From the NCBI GenBank assembly GCA_963665325.3, contig CAXXWS020000003.1, positions 1 through 64,000 on the forward strand: a DNA stretch of 64,000 nt, read 5' to 3'. The notes under the pieces were generated by a model, which worked only from the letters and a program-made list of their open reading frames with translations, made no database searches and was not told the origin of the DNA. The position numbers were made by a program, and so were the translations under genes. The DNA is from Alphaproteobacteria bacterium (GTDB lineage: Bacteria; Pseudomonadota; Alphaproteobacteria; Bin95). This document shows positions 20,369-31,329 of the stretch, one piece after another. How positions within the stretch are numbered: the first letter of the stretch is position 1; the number at the start of each line of letters is the position of its first letter.

Positions 20369-21251
20369 GATCGACTCCCCTGCGATGCCTTTGCAGGCGC
20401 TGGCCGAACCTTTGCGACACGCGGTCGAAGATGATCGCCAGCGCCACGATCGCAAGACCGTTCATCAGGCCGAGGGCCAGGTATTGGTTCGAAATCGACC
20501 GCAATACCGGCACCCCAAGGCCGGCGACGCCGATCATCGATGCGATCACCACCATGGACAGCGCCATCATGATGGTCTGGTTCACCCCGGCGAAGATGTT
20601 GGGCAGGGCGAGCGGTATCTGCACGCCGAACAGCTTCTGCCGGTAGTCAGCGCCGAAGGCGTCGGCGGCCTCCAGCGCTTCTTTCTCGACGAGCCGTATG
20701 CCGAGATTGGTCAGGCGCACGATCGGCGGAATCGCGTAGATGCACACCGCGATCAGGCCCGGCACCTTGCCGATGCCGAGCAGCATGACAACCGGTATGA
20801 GGTAAACGAATGCGGGAATCGTCTGCATGATGTCCAGCACCGGCGTAATCGCCGTCTGCATCCGGTCCGAGCGCGCCATCAGGATGCCGAGCGGGATGCC
20901 GACCGCGATGCAAAGCAGGGTCGCGACCGAGATGATGGCAAGCGTGGACATCGTGTCCTGCCACATGCCGAAATAGCCGATCGCGAAGAACGACAGCACG
21001 GAACCGGCGACGACCGCCTTGCTGCGCGAGCCGAGCCAGGCCAGCACGGCGATGACCAGGACGATCACGGGCCACGGCGTGGCGATCAGCAGCTTCTCGA
21101 ACCAGACGAGAAACCTGAGCAGGGGCTCGAAGAAATTCTCGAGCAGCTCGCCGAATTCGCGCGAAAAGTCGCGAAACCCTCCATCGATCGATTTCTTCAG
21201 ATCGCGAAGATCCTGGCGATCCATCGAGGGAAATTCTGTCAAAAAATCCAT
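20361..21251 (-). CDS. proW: ProU-type ABC transporter permease
   Basis: PVLDIMQTIPAFVYLIP, EAADAFGA (EAA loop), NQTIMMALSMVVIASMIG. Confidence 0.93.
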   Translation of the reverse strand: MDFLTEFPSMDRQDLRDLKKSIDGGFRDFSREFGELLENFFEPLLRFLVWFEKLLIATPWPVIVLVIAVLAWLGSRSKAVVAGSVLSFFAIGYFGMWQDTMSTLAIISVATLLCIAVGIPLGILMARSDRMQTAITPVLDIMQTIPAFVYLIPVVMLLGIGKVPGLIAVCIYAIPPIVRLTNLGIRLVEKEALEAADAFGADYRQKLFGVQIPLALPNIFAGVNQTIMMALSMVVIASMIGVAGLGVPVLRSISNQYLALGLMNGLAIVALAIIFDRVSQRFGQRLQRHRRGVDHG

Positions 21252-21317
21252 GCCGGCCTCCTGTCAGGCAAGAAAACGGTCCTCCGGTTCCGCGCTGCCG
21301 ATCCGGCCTCAAACGGC

Positions 21318-21352
21318 AAAAAGCCCGCCGGGACGGGTCCGGGCGGGCTTTT
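21318..21352 (-). terminator. Stem-loop between proX and proW (intrinsic terminator or mRNA-stabilising hairpin)
   Basis: AAAAGCCCGCC…GGCGGGCTTTT with T/A runs on both sides. Confidence 0.7.
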
Positions 21353-21391
21353 CTGTTCGAGTCGAGCAGTCGGGCCGATACCGGGCCCTGG

Positions 21392-22396
21392 CTACATCCC
21401 CTTCACTTTCGCGGCGATTTCGGCGGGCACCCAGGGCTTCCACACATCGCCATGCACCTTCAGGAATTCCGCCGCGGCATCCGCCCCGTCGGCCTGGTTC
21501 TCGTCCATATAAACGAGCATGCCGTTCATCACGTCACCGGGGAAAACGCGGTTCTTGAAGTATGCCATGACCTCTTCGCCGGCGTTCTCGGCGAAGTTTG
21601 CAGTGACTACGGTGTGCACTTCCGACTCCGTCCACGCCGACGCCTGCGGATCCGCGCATTCCTGTTCCGGCTTGACGATGCAGCCGTCCCAGTGCTCGCT
21701 GCCGACGAACGGCACGCCGAAGTCGAGCTTGACCATCTTGTGCCGGCCGATCAGGGCGGTCGGCGACCAGTAGTAGCCGAACCAGTTCTCGCCGCGGTTG
21801 ACCGCCTTGGACATCGAGCCGTCCAGCCCGGCCGCCGAGCCCGGGTCCACGAGCTTCCAGCCCATTTCCGCCATCTTGAAGCCGCGGAACAGGTTTGCGT
21901 TAGTGAGCTGGCAGCCCCAGCCGGCAGGGCACCCTATAAACGCGCCCTTCGAGGGGTCCTCGGCATCCGGGAAGAGGTCGGGACGCTTCAGCACATCCAG
22001 CACCGTCTTGAGTTCGGGGTGCTTCTCCTGCACGTAGGGCGGAACCCACCAGCCCTCGCCCAGCCCGCTGATGGGACCGCCATTGGCGGATTTCAGCCGG
22101 CCTTCGTCCATGGCGACCTTCAGGGGGTCGCGCACAGCGTTGATCCAGAGTTCCGGGGCGACGTCCGGCTCGCCCTTTTCGTTGAGGGAGGTAAAGGTCG
22201 GCATGGTATCGCCGGGGACCAGCTCCACTTCGCAACCGTATCCTTCGGCGAGGATGATCTTGTCGACTTCGGCCATCAATTGGGCGGAGGCCCAGTTCAT
22301 ATTCGCGATCTGGACCTTGCCGCAGTCCGCCATCGCCGCATTCGCGCCGAACGCCAACGCCAAGCCCAGCAAAGCCGTCTTTGGCAAGTATTTCAT
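21392..22396 (-). CDS. proX: ProU-type ABC substrate-binding protein
   Basis: Signal peptide; MNWASA, GYGC, PELW, CPAGWGC, GYYWSPT motifs. Confidence 0.9.
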   Translation of the reverse strand: MKYLPKTALLGLALAFGANAAMADCGKVQIANMNWASAQLMAEVDKIILAEGYGCEVELVPGDTMPTFTSLNEKGEPDVAPELWINAVRDPLKVAMDEGRLKSANGGPISGLGEGWWVPPYVQEKHPELKTVLDVLKRPDLFPDAEDPSKGAFIGCPAGWGCQLTNANLFRGFKMAEMGWKLVDPGSAAGLDGSMSKAVNRGENWFGYYWSPTALIGRHKMVKLDFGVPFVGSEHWDGCIVKPEQECADPQASAWTESEVHTVVTANFAENAGEEVMAYFKNRVFPGDVMNGMLVYMDENQADGADAAAEFLKVHGDVWKPWVPAEIAAKVKGM

Positions 22397-22644
22397 GTTC
22401 GTTACCTCCCCAGGTTCGTGCGCAGCGGGCGACATGGCCCCCTGTCATTGGCAGCACTACGGAAACGGCCGACGGGCCGCCACCGGCAAACGAAAAGGTT
22501 AACATGCGGCTGCGGCGCGGACAAGGAGCGGCTCCGGTCCGGCCCGGCGGCCCGGGCGCCCGGGCCGCGTTTTCGACGAACGGGAAAGTCCTGTAACCTC
22601 TCCCTCCGCGGCCGAGGCACGCAACCGCCGGCGGGAGCGGGACA

Positions 22645-23703
22645 GTGGACGATCTTCAGGGGCTTCTAAGGCGCATTCCCAAGGTGGAGCTGCATTGCCA
22701 CCTGCTCGGTACCGTGCGCAAGGCGACGATGAAGGCGATGGCGGCGCGGAACGGCGCGCGCACAACCGAAGATGAGATCGAGGCGTTCTACGTCCGCGGC
22801 GAGAAGCCGGTTGGCGTGCTCGCGATCTTCCGCGAGCAGGAAGCCCATATCCTGAAGACGCCGGCGGACTTCCGGCAGATCGCCTGTGAATATCTGGAGG
22901 ACGCCGCCGCGCATACGGTCCGCTATGCGGAGATCTACTGGAACCCGACCGCCAACCTCCTTCATACGGGCCTCTCCTACCGGGAATTGCAGGCCGCCAT
23001 CCTCGCCGGCATGGCCGATGCCGAACGCGGCTTCGGCATAAGGAGCAATCTCATCCCGAGCATCGACCGGGAGGCCCCGCCCGGCGACGCGGTCGAGATG
23101 GTCCGCCTGATGGCCGCCGACCGGGACCCGCGCGTGCCCGGCATCGGCATCGACTACCGGGAGGTAGACAACCCGCCGGAGAAGTTCGCGGAGGCTTATG
23201 CGCTGGCGCGGGAGGCCGGGTTCCGGGTGACGGCCCATGCGGGCGAGTTCGGCGAGCCCTGGAACAATGTCGAGACTTCGCTCGACCTGCTCAAGGTGGA
23301 GCGGCTCGACCACGCCTATACGATCCTGGACAATCCCGACCTGGTGGCGCGTTGTGTGGCCAACGGGACCGTCATCACGGTTGTGCCGTCCAACAGCTAC
23401 TATCTGCGCACGCTGGACCGGGCCGAATGGGCGGAGAAACACCCGATCCAGCGCATGGGCCGCGCGGGACTGCGCATCCACCCCAACACGGACGACCCGG
23501 CCTTCCACCTGACCGACCCGACCCGCTGCTGGCATAGCATGATGGCTGATTTCGGCTATTCGCTGGCCGACCTCCGGGGCTTCATGCTGAACGGCCTCGA
23601 CGGCGCGTGGATCGACGACGGGCTGCGCGCCCGCTGGAAGCGGGAGTGGGCTGCCGAGTTCGACCGCCTGGTGGAAGAGCACAGGACCGGGCCGGAGGGT
23701 TAG
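22645..23703 (+). CDS. Adenosine/adenine deaminase family amidohydrolase
   Basis: PKVELHCHL, TAHAGE, ERLDHAY, NTDDP. Confidence 0.9.
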   Translation: MDDLQGLLRRIPKVELHCHLLGTVRKATMKAMAARNGARTTEDEIEAFYVRGEKPVGVLAIFREQEAHILKTPADFRQIACEYLEDAAAHTVRYAEIYWNPTANLLHTGLSYRELQAAILAGMADAERGFGIRSNLIPSIDREAPPGDAVEMVRLMAADRDPRVPGIGIDYREVDNPPEKFAEAYALAREAGFRVTAHAGEFGEPWNNVETSLDLLKVERLDHAYTILDNPDLVARCVANGTVITVVPSNSYYLRTLDRAEWAEKHPIQRMGRAGLRIHPNTDDPAFHLTDPTRCWHSMMADFGYSLADLRGFMLNGLDGAWIDDGLRARWKREWAAEFDRLVEEHRTGPEG

Positions 23704-23780
23704 TTCAAAACCCGTTCCGATTGGACTGTAGCGGAATTCCCGCGTCCCGGGATGCGTCCGAACGAGAGGAGCGCCGCCGC

Positions 23781-24458
23781 ATGGCGAAATACCGGCTGGT
23801 CACCTTCGACGCCTACTCCGGCCTGGCCGATTTCCGCGCTACGCTGACGCCCGTCATCGCGCGGCTCCTGGCCCTGCCCGCCGATACCGCGGACGCCTTC
23901 CTGACCTCCTGGCGGGCCGGTCAGCTTCGCGTTGCCGCGCTGTCGAACGCGCTGAAACGGGGACGCACGAGCTTCCACGACTGCACGGCGCTGGCGCTCG
24001 AATATGCAGCGAGCGAGCACGGCGTAACCGTCCCGGCCGACCGGCGGGACGAACTGGTCGCGGCCTGGTACCCGCTTCGGCCGTGGCCCGAGGCCGCCGG
24101 GGTGCTGCGCGAACTCAAGTCGCGCGGCTGCGAGCTGGCGCTTCTGTCGAACGGCGACCGCGCCATGCTCGAAGGCATTGCCGGCGAACTGCCCGGCTCC
24201 CTGGATTTCATATTTTCGACGGAGGAGTCGGGCGTCTACAAGCCCGATCCGGAGGTCTATGACCTGCCGGTCCGCGCGCTCGGCATCGCCCGCGAGGACT
24301 ATCTGCACGTCGCCGGCGGCGCCAACGATGTCATCGGCGCCAAATCGGCCGGCGTCGCGTGCTACTGGAACAACCGGACCGGCGACCGGGTGCTGCTGCC
24401 CGAATTCGCCGCCGACGCCGAGGGGCCGGACCTCCGCGGGGTGCTGGACCTGGTGTAG
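23781..24458 (+). CDS. HAD-superfamily hydrolase, type II haloacid dehalogenase-like
   Basis: TFDAY, W…L.PWPE, LSNGD, YKPDPEVY, HVAG…DVIGAK. Confidence 0.85.
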   Translation: MAKYRLVTFDAYSGLADFRATLTPVIARLLALPADTADAFLTSWRAGQLRVAALSNALKRGRTSFHDCTALALEYAASEHGVTVPADRRDELVAAWYPLRPWPEAAGVLRELKSRGCELALLSNGDRAMLEGIAGELPGSLDFIFSTEESGVYKPDPEVYDLPVRALGIAREDYLHVAGGANDVIGAKSAGVACYWNNRTGDRVLLPEFAADAEGPDLRGVLDLV

Positions 24459-24825
24459 CAAAAAACAACTATCTTTCATCGTTGCTTCTTGTTTGGGGAC
24501 AGCGTCATCGTTCTCCCATTTCGATCATGAATACAACGACTTGAGATGCATGTCAAGAGGCAATCCGGGTTATCTTGCAAACCAATTAGCGGCATTTCCG
24601 GGAGTCATTTTGTTGCATTTGGGGAACTTGCTGTGCATTGTAGCGACAGCAGCTCAAGTGAATGATCCACGCAGGTTCTTAGGGCATGTCAACCGCAATC
24701 TGCCATACATGGAATACATGACGACAATTTTACCTATGGAGAATTATGGGTATTTCCTGTGTAAATATAGACCCATTGTTGTGCCATATCGGGTGCCATT
24801 GGAGCAATATGCTGCCGCCCGCGGC

Positions 24826-25449
24826 TCACCGGCTCCACTGCGGCGGGCCATTGGCGCTCCAGCGCGGCGCGGGGTCGGTCGGCCAGATCTCCCAAGGCGG
24901 ACAGAGGTACGTGGCGCCGCCCTTCGCCTCGACCCGGAGGCAGTCGGGGCCGTATCTGTCGAAGTGGATCTGGCAGACAAAGGGTTCGCCCTTCTTGCGA
25001 GCCTCGTTGATGCACCAGAGCACGTCGCCGCCGTACCGGTTCCAGACATGGGCGCGCCAGGGCCATACGCTCCGGAACCAGTCGTCCTGCATGGGGAAGA
25101 CAGGGAGGTATGCGGCGGTGACGATGACGGCGCACATTAGCGTGACGGCCGCCGTCCATGTCAGGTTGATCCTGAGGCGGGTCCGGGAGAGTTCGCGGCG
25201 CCGGGCGGTTTCCCGGATGGCGTCCGTCCGGTTCGGCGGCGTCTTCCATATCGGCCGTGCCTGCTCAGGGCGGCCTGCCGGTTCGTTCATGGGCGCCGGA
25301 TGGTCCGGCGGTTGTACGGCGGCGACCGGTTTCGCCGGATCCGGGGACGGCTCGGGGACCGGGCCGTCGGCGGAGGGTTGGGAATCGGTCCGGCGGGTCA
25401 GCCCCGCCCTCAGGCGGTCGAGAGCGGTTTCCGGCGGTTTGTCGGTCAT
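24826..25449 (-). CDS. Hypothetical membrane-anchored protein, divergent from the RHH genes
   Basis: 207 aa; Pro-rich N-terminus, one hydrophobic helix, Cys/Trp-rich C-terminus. Confidence 0.55.
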   Translation of the reverse strand: MTDKPPETALDRLRAGLTRRTDSQPSADGPVPEPSPDPAKPVAAVQPPDHPAPMNEPAGRPEQARPIWKTPPNRTDAIRETARRRELSRTRLRINLTWTAAVTLMCAVIVTAAYLPVFPMQDDWFRSVWPWRAHVWNRYGGDVLWCINEARKKGEPFVCQIHFDRYGPDCLRVEAKGGATYLCPPWEIWPTDPAPRWSANGPPQWSR

Positions 25450-25512
25450 GGCATTCCCCCAGCGGCGGCACCGTCAACAAAATACAGGCGATGACGGGAA
25501 AGGACGAAGGTC

Positions 25513-25842
25513 ATGACCAGGGACATGGAAGACCGGCGGCGCCAGCGCGCCATCACGGTGACCGACAGCGAGTGGCTCCGGCTGAAGACGCGGGCGAAGG
25601 AGGCGGGCATGCCGGTCTCGCGCTTCATCGTCCACCGGCTGGCGGAGGCGGACCCGGGCCCGCCGCCGGACCGGGGGCCGGGCGGCCTGCCGGCGCCGGT
25701 ATGGCGGCGCGTCGCGCACGAGGTGCTGCTGCTCGGCCGGCTGGAGGAAGAAAGGCTGGCGGCCGCGCGCGTCTCCGGGGAGCGCGACGCGCTCGCCGCC
25801 GAAGTGGATGACTGGCTGGACCGGCAGGAGGAACTGGCATGA
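25513..25842 (+). CDS. MobC-like ribbon-helix-helix protein 1
   Basis: RAITVTDSEWLRLKTRAKEAGMPVSRFIV. Confidence 0.75.
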   Translation: MTRDMEDRRRQRAITVTDSEWLRLKTRAKEAGMPVSRFIVHRLAEADPGPPPDRGPGGLPAPVWRRVAHEVLLLGRLEEERLAAARVSGERDALAAEVDDWLDRQEELA

Positions 25843-25867
25843 ACGCGGGATACCGGAGGAGGTCGTC

Positions 25868-26188
25868 ATGAAGCAGGCGAAGTCGCGCTGCCTCTATCCG
25901 ACGCCGGCCGAGTGGTCGCGCATCCAGGCGCGGGCGAAGGCCGCGGGCATGAAAGTCTCGCCGTTCCTGGTCGCCTGCGCGCTGAAGCGCGATGCGGAGC
26001 CCCGCGCGGGACAGGCTCTCGTGCTGACGGCGGACGAACAGCGGGAACTCCACGACCGGGTGGCGCGGCTCGACCTTTTCAGCCGGACCATGCTGGCGCC
26101 GCTGCCGGGCATGGACATGGCCGCCTTCGAGGCCGTCGCGCTGCTCTGCCGGCTGCTCGCGCCGGCGGAGCCGGGAGAAACGCAATGA
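25868..26188 (+). CDS. MobC-like ribbon-helix-helix protein 2
   Basis: RCLYPTPAEWSRIQARAKAAGMKVSPFLV; GGAGG RBS. Confidence 0.75.
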   Translation: MKQAKSRCLYPTPAEWSRIQARAKAAGMKVSPFLVACALKRDAEPRAGQALVLTADEQRELHDRVARLDLFSRTMLAPLPGMDMAAFEAVALLCRLLAPAEPGETQ

Positions 26189-26637
26189 GGCGCCCGCGCT
26201 CCGGGCCGAAGAAGATCGTGCGCTCCTTCTCCTGCACGGACTGGCAGAGGGAGGAGATCGGCAAGCGGGCGGCGGAAGCCGGCATGAACCTCTCGCCCTT
26301 CGTCATCGAGCGCGGGCTGACGGTCGACCTCGACGCTCCCGAAGACGAAGCCGCCCCACCGCCCTCCCTCATCCTCGGGCAGGAAGAACAGCGGCAACTG
26401 CACGAGCGCATCGCCGGGATCGCCGAGCGGTGGCTGGGTCCGGCCGCGCCCGATCCGGCGGGCATGGCGGAGCTTCCGGCGGTGCTCGGCGTGCTGCTCG
26501 AACGGCTCATGACCGACATGATCGAGATGGGGCAGGAAGAGCGGATGCGCGGCCTGCTCCGGGACGCCTTCGGCGAGGCCCGGGGCTCGGAACTCGCCCG
26601 GCAATACGCCGCGAAGGCGCGCCGGCCGGACAGCTGA
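26185..26637 (+). CDS. MobC-like ribbon-helix-helix protein 3
   Basis: RSFSCTDWQREEIGKRAAEAGMNLSPFVI; ATGA overlap. Confidence 0.75.
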   Translation: MRRPRSGPKKIVRSFSCTDWQREEIGKRAAEAGMNLSPFVIERGLTVDLDAPEDEAAPPPSLILGQEEQRQLHERIAGIAERWLGPAAPDPAGMAELPAVLGVLLERLMTDMIEMGQEERMRGLLRDAFGEARGSELARQYAAKARRPDS

Positions 26638-26640
26638 CCG

Positions 26641-28468
26641 TCAGGGCGTCATGCCGCCGCCGATGTCGCGGCTGCGGTCCCGTCGGCGGGCGGCATCGTG
26701 AATGGCGACCTGCCGTTCGAGCTTCGTCCGGGCGCCGGGGTCCAGTTCGGGCCGGTCCAGCAGCCGCCGGGCCTCCCCGGCGACCCTTATCCGTTCGGGG
26801 CCGCCCAGATCGTAGCGGCCGAGCTTCGGGGCGATCTTGCCGTAAGCCGTGTCGGTCTCCAGCGCCTGCGAGAGCCTCTTCCCGTCCCGTCCGATGTCCT
26901 CGCGCGCACCCTCGATGCGGTCCAGGTGGACGGCATACCGGTCCTCCGCGAGAATCCGCTCCGCCGTCTTGCAGAGCCGCCGCGCCTCCTCCGACCAGAA
27001 CCGGTAGCTCGCCCCGTCTTCCGTCAGGCTCCTGCCGCGCGGCGCGGTGACGTCCGACAGATGCTTGCGCTGGTCCAGGGAGGAGCCGAGGTCCCGGACG
27101 AGGCGCTCCACCTCCGAGTGCGCCGCCGCCTCCCTGTCATGCTCCGCGACCAGCCGGTCGAAAAGGGCGCGCGCGTCCCCGTTCAGCTCCGGCTCCGCCG
27201 CCAGAACCCGCATGCCCGCGACGGCCTCGCCATTGCCCTCGCGGTAGAAGAGCGGCGTGCCGGTCTCCCGGCGCACGACCTCCAGCCTCTCCCGCACGCA
27301 GGCCGCATGGCGCCCGTCGAGCGAGACCGCGCCTTTCAGCAATTCGCGGTCTTCCGCAATGCCGTCGCGCAGGTCCGGCAGGGCGCCGGCATGGGCGAAC
27401 GAGCCGTCTGCATCCAGAAGGTCCCGAGCCTCCTCCAGAAGGCTCCCGGCCTCCTCCCGCCAGGCCGCCAGCCCGGGATGCAGGGAATATGTGGCCCTGG
27501 CCTCTCCGGTTGCCTCGATTAGGCGCTCGCGCTCCTCCACGCAGTCCCGAAGCCTCGCGGCGAGCGGCCTGAATTTGTCCTCAGCGGCGGCGATGCCCCG
27601 GCCCTCCGCGACAATGGCGGCCAGACCCTCGCGCAGGGTAGCGTCCATATGCCGCAGGTCCGGCATGGCCTCCATGCGGCCGAGCACGTCCTCGCGGCCG
27701 TCTTCGTGGAACCAGTGCGTCCCGGCCTCCTTCGCGTGTTCGTCCAGCTTTCGCCACTCGTCCAGGACCGGGAGGACAACATTATCCGCGTCGAGCATGC
27801 CCTTCAGCTTCCCGCCGGCCTCTGCAATCCCGTCGCGAACCGCCGGCAGGGCGTCGAGATGCGGCCGGTAGCGGTCCTCCTCTCCGGCGATTCCATCCGC
27901 CTCTGCGCTGAGCTTCAGCGCTGCCTCGCACCAGAACACGTAGTCGCGACCGCGCTCGCCGGTCCCGTCGGTGAGGCCGGCCCGTCCGGCGATTTCGGCC
28001 TCAAGTCCCTCATGCAGCCGATCGAGGGTGGCGCGCGCCGCGCTTGCCGCGTCATGCGCCTCGGCCGCGCGTTCCGCCTCGGCGGCGACGTCTGCCGATA
28101 TGCCGGGGGCGCGGCCGAGTTCGGTGAGGCGTTCCACCGCCTCCGTGCATCCGTCCACATAGAACGGGATCGTGCCCTGCTGCCGCGCCGCCTCCTCCAG
28201 CGCGCGCCAGGCGGAAAGCTCCGGCCAGACCGCCTCGCGCTCCGGGATGGGCAAGGGCACAGGCGGGGCGATCTCCTCGCCCACCGCCTCCAGCGCCGTC
28301 ATCGGCAGGCCTGCATGATCCTCCAGCGCCTCGACAAGGTCCTCGCGGTTGTCGGTCAGCACCACCGCATTGTCGCGCGCCCGGCTGATCCCGACATAGA
28401 ACGCCGCCCGGTCCACAGGCGCGTCATGGCCCGAGTCCAGCACCGCGATGACATTGTCGCGGGTCGTG
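26641..28468 (-). pseudogene. 3' portion of a TraI/TrwC-like relaxase-helicase truncated by IS21
   Basis: Begins …TTRDNVIAVLDSG…FYVGISRARD (SF1 helicase motifs V-VI) immediately at the IS end; ends with a basic RDRSRDIGGGM tail typical of relaxases. Confidence 0.75.
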
Positions 28469-28669
28469 TGTCAATCGGCTTTCAATAATGACCCCCTATC
28501 GGCGTGCAAAATTGACCCCCTGAGAGGCACGGTGGAGGTTGTCCCGGTAGTCAATAGGGGGGACCCGCGCGGCTTCGTGTAGCGTCTCACGCTACGCGGA
28601 GCGAAGCCGCGTGGGGGGTCCCTGTTGACCCACCGGGGCAACCGGGCCGCAGGGGAGGCCGGCGGCGGG

Positions 28670-29398
28670 TCAGGAGCGGTTCTTGAAGCGCCAGCTCTCG
28701 TTGCCGGTCTCGATGATCTCGCAATGGTGGGTGAGACGATCGAGCAACGCCGTGGTCATCTTGGGATCGCCGAAGACGGACGGCCACTCGCCGAAGGCGA
28801 GGTTGGTGGTGATGACGATCGAGGTTCGCTCGTAGAGCCGGCTCATGAGGTGGAAGAGGAGCTGTCCGCCGGCTTGGGCGAAGGGCAGGTAGCCGAGTTC
28901 GTCGAGGATGACGAAGTCGCGTCGGACGAGCTGGTCTGCGGTGCGGCCCTGGCGCCCGGCACGGAGTTCGGCCTCGAGGTGGTTCACCAGGTCGACGACG
29001 TTGTAGCAGCGGCCACGGGCGCCCTTGCGGATGCAGGAGCGCGCGACGGCGACGGCGAGATGGGTCTTGCCGGTGCCGGTGCCGCCGACCAGGACGATGT
29101 TGCGCTGGCCCTCGAGGAAGCCGCCGCCGGCGAGCTCCTGGATCAGGGGCTCGTTGACCGGCGAGCCGGCGAAGTCGAAGTCGGCCAGTTCCTTGGCCGT
29201 GGGCAGCTTGGCGGACGCCATCTGGTACTTGATCGAGCGTGCCCTCTTGTCGGCGATCTCGACCTGCAGCAGCGTACCGATGATCTGCTGCACCGGATGA
29301 CGGCGCTTGAGCCCGTCGGCGAGGATGTCGTCATAGGCGGCTCGCATGCCTGCGAGCTTCAGCTGGGTCATCATCTCCAGCACATCATGACGCTCCAT
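28670..29398 (-). CDS. istB: IS21 helper ATPase
   Basis: [26 protein letters not shown]. Confidence 0.96.
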   Translation of the reverse strand: MERHDVLEMMTQLKLAGMRAAYDDILADGLKRRHPVQQIIGTLLQVEIADKRARSIKYQMASAKLPTAKELADFDFAGSPVNEPLIQELAGGGFLEGQRNIVLVGGTGTGKTHLAVAVARSCIRKGARGRCYNVVDLVNHLEAELRAGRQGRTADQLVRRDFVILDELGYLPFAQAGGQLLFHLMSRLYERTSIVITTNLAFGEWPSVFGDPKMTTALLDRLTHHCEIIETGNESWRFKNRS

Positions 29399-30899
29399 GA
29401 CCGGCCTCCCTCAGGCTGTCGTAGCGCTGACAGTCGGCCACCGGCTGGTGGCGGAGCTTCAGGCCCTCGGGCGTCGGGATGATTGCCGGCGGTGCCGGCT
29501 GGCGCTGCCGGGCGAGGATGTTGAGCACGACGTCGGCGCTGCAGGCGCCGCAGGCGAGCGCCTCGGCGCAGGCCGCCTCGACCGCCTCCAGCCCGTCCTC
29601 CAGCACCGCCGCGAGGATCTTGACGAACTGCCGGTCGCCGTCGTCGTGGCCGGCGAGCCGGGTTCGCAGGCGGCCCAGCGCGTTGGGCAACTGCCAGTCC
29701 TTGAAGGGTGCGCCGTTCCTCAGTGCGCCGGGCTTCCTCGTCAGGATCGGCACGTAATGCCACGGATCGTAGACGAACCGACCGCGCCCGAAGCTCCGGG
29801 GATGCTCGGCGACGATCTCGCCGTCCTGGCGGATGACGATCCGCTCGGCATAGGCCCGCACGTCCACCGGCCGTCCCACCGCGCGGGCAGAGACGCTGTA
29901 CTGGTTGTTGTCGAAGCGCACCAGGCAGGTCTTCGAGACTGACACCTCGCTGGCATGGAAGCCGTCGAAGGGACCGCGGTATGCCATCAGGAAGGGCCGC
30001 TCCTCCTCGAATACCTGCCACACCGTCTTGCCCTCGATCGTCGGATGCGGCTGCTTCCTGGCCTCCTCGATGCACCGATCCATCAGCCACTCGTTGATCT
30101 CGGTGTAGGAGCGGCCCCGCGGGCTGCGCGCGAACAGACGCCCGCGAAGGTCTCCCACCTGCTTCTCAACCTGCCCCTTCTCCCAGCCCGCCCCTGGCGT
30201 GCACGCCACTGGCTCCACCAGATGGTGCGAGCACATCTCCTGGAAGCGGCGGTTGTAGGCACGCTCCTTGCCGACGAAGATCGTGTTCACCGCCGTCTTC
30301 ATGTTGTCGTAGATGCCCCGTCGGCAGACCCCGCCGAAGAAGCGGAAGGCACGCTCGTGCGCCTCAAAGACCATCTCCTGGCTCTCGCGGGGAAAGATCT
30401 GCACCAGATACATGCGGCTGTGGCACAGCCGCATGTGCGCCGCCTTCACCTTGGTCGTCGCTCCCGCCAGACGCGCATACTCGTGGCTCCAGTCGAACTG
30501 GTAGGCCTCGCCCGGATCGAAGATCAGCGGCACATAGGCCTGCGACGGCGATAACAGACGGCGTCGGCGCCGCCACGCCCTGGCGTAGCGCCGGACCGCG
30601 TCATAGCCGCCCTTGTAGCCCAGCTCGCCAAGGTCCTCATGGATCTGCAGCAGGGACAGGCGATCCCGGCGCTTCTTCTTCTCGTTGGCCTCCAGCTGGC
30701 GCTCAAGCTCTGCCACCCAAGGCCCAAGCTTCGGCATCGGCTGGATCTTGCGCTCATAGCTGTGCGAGGTCGTATCGCCCCGAACCACCTTGCGTATCGT
30801 GTTCTTCGAAACCCTCAAATCCCGCGCCAGCTTCTTGATCGGAACGCCCTTCACCAGATGATCCCGACGGATCCGCGCTATCGTCTCCACAACCAGCAT
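29385..30899 (-). CDS. istA: IS21 DDE transposase
   Basis: [40 protein letters not shown]. Confidence 0.96.
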   Translation of the reverse strand: MLVVETIARIRRDHLVKGVPIKKLARDLRVSKNTIRKVVRGDTTSHSYERKIQPMPKLGPWVAELERQLEANEKKKRRDRLSLLQIHEDLGELGYKGGYDAVRRYARAWRRRRRLLSPSQAYVPLIFDPGEAYQFDWSHEYARLAGATTKVKAAHMRLCHSRMYLVQIFPRESQEMVFEAHERAFRFFGGVCRRGIYDNMKTAVNTIFVGKERAYNRRFQEMCSHHLVEPVACTPGAGWEKGQVEKQVGDLRGRLFARSPRGRSYTEINEWLMDRCIEEARKQPHPTIEGKTVWQVFEEERPFLMAYRGPFDGFHASEVSVSKTCLVRFDNNQYSVSARAVGRPVDVRAYAERIVIRQDGEIVAEHPRSFGRGRFVYDPWHYVPILTRKPGALRNGAPFKDWQLPNALGRLRTRLAGHDDGDRQFVKILAAVLEDGLEAVEAACAEALACGACSADVVLNILARQRQPAPPAIIPTPEGLKLRHQPVADCQRYDSLREAGHGAS

Positions 30900-31014
30900 C
30901 TCCCCCACCCCGTCCGTCCAACGACAGGGCGTGTTCATGGACACAATCCATGGGGGGTCAATTTTGGACGCCGATAACCCCCAACAGGGGGTCAATCTTC
31001 CACGCTTAACAACA

Positions 31015-31155
31015 CGGCCAGGCATAGAACTCCGCTTTCTTGCTATGAGGCGGGGCCGACGGGCTACGGGCTGCAGCGGTTGATCAAGGGTCTTGGCCAC
31101 GAACTCGCCATTATCGCCCCTTCCCTGATTCCAAGGCGGCCCGGTGAGCGGGCAA
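31015..31155 (+). pseudogene. IS110-family transposase N-terminal fragment
   Basis: YEAGPTGYGLQRLIKGLGHELAIIAPSLIPRRPGER. Confidence 0.75.
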
Positions 31156-31329
31156 ATGCGAACACTATCCAATGATTTCAACTACTTGTTGAAACCCAAA
31201 TCGCCAAAATCGACGCCTGCTATTCAAGTTCAGTCATGCAATGGCGGCACAACGCAGGCGCGATCTCGCGGCCGGCCGCTCGTGTCGGCGATCCCTCGCA
31301 GCGGCAAGGCCGTCCGGTCGCCCCAAGGC

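Larger units (their letters stand above)
28469..31014 (-). mobile_element. Complete IS21-family insertion sequence
   Basis: Ends TGTCAATCGGCTTTCAATAATGACCCC and (rc) TGTTGTTAAGCGTGGAAGATTGACCCC with internal TGACCCC repeats; contains istA and istB; no target-site duplication seen. Confidence 0.92.

Noticed and set aside
29385-31181. N-terminally extended 598-aa IstA
   Set aside because: The extension crosses the IS end; the real start is the ATG at 30899.
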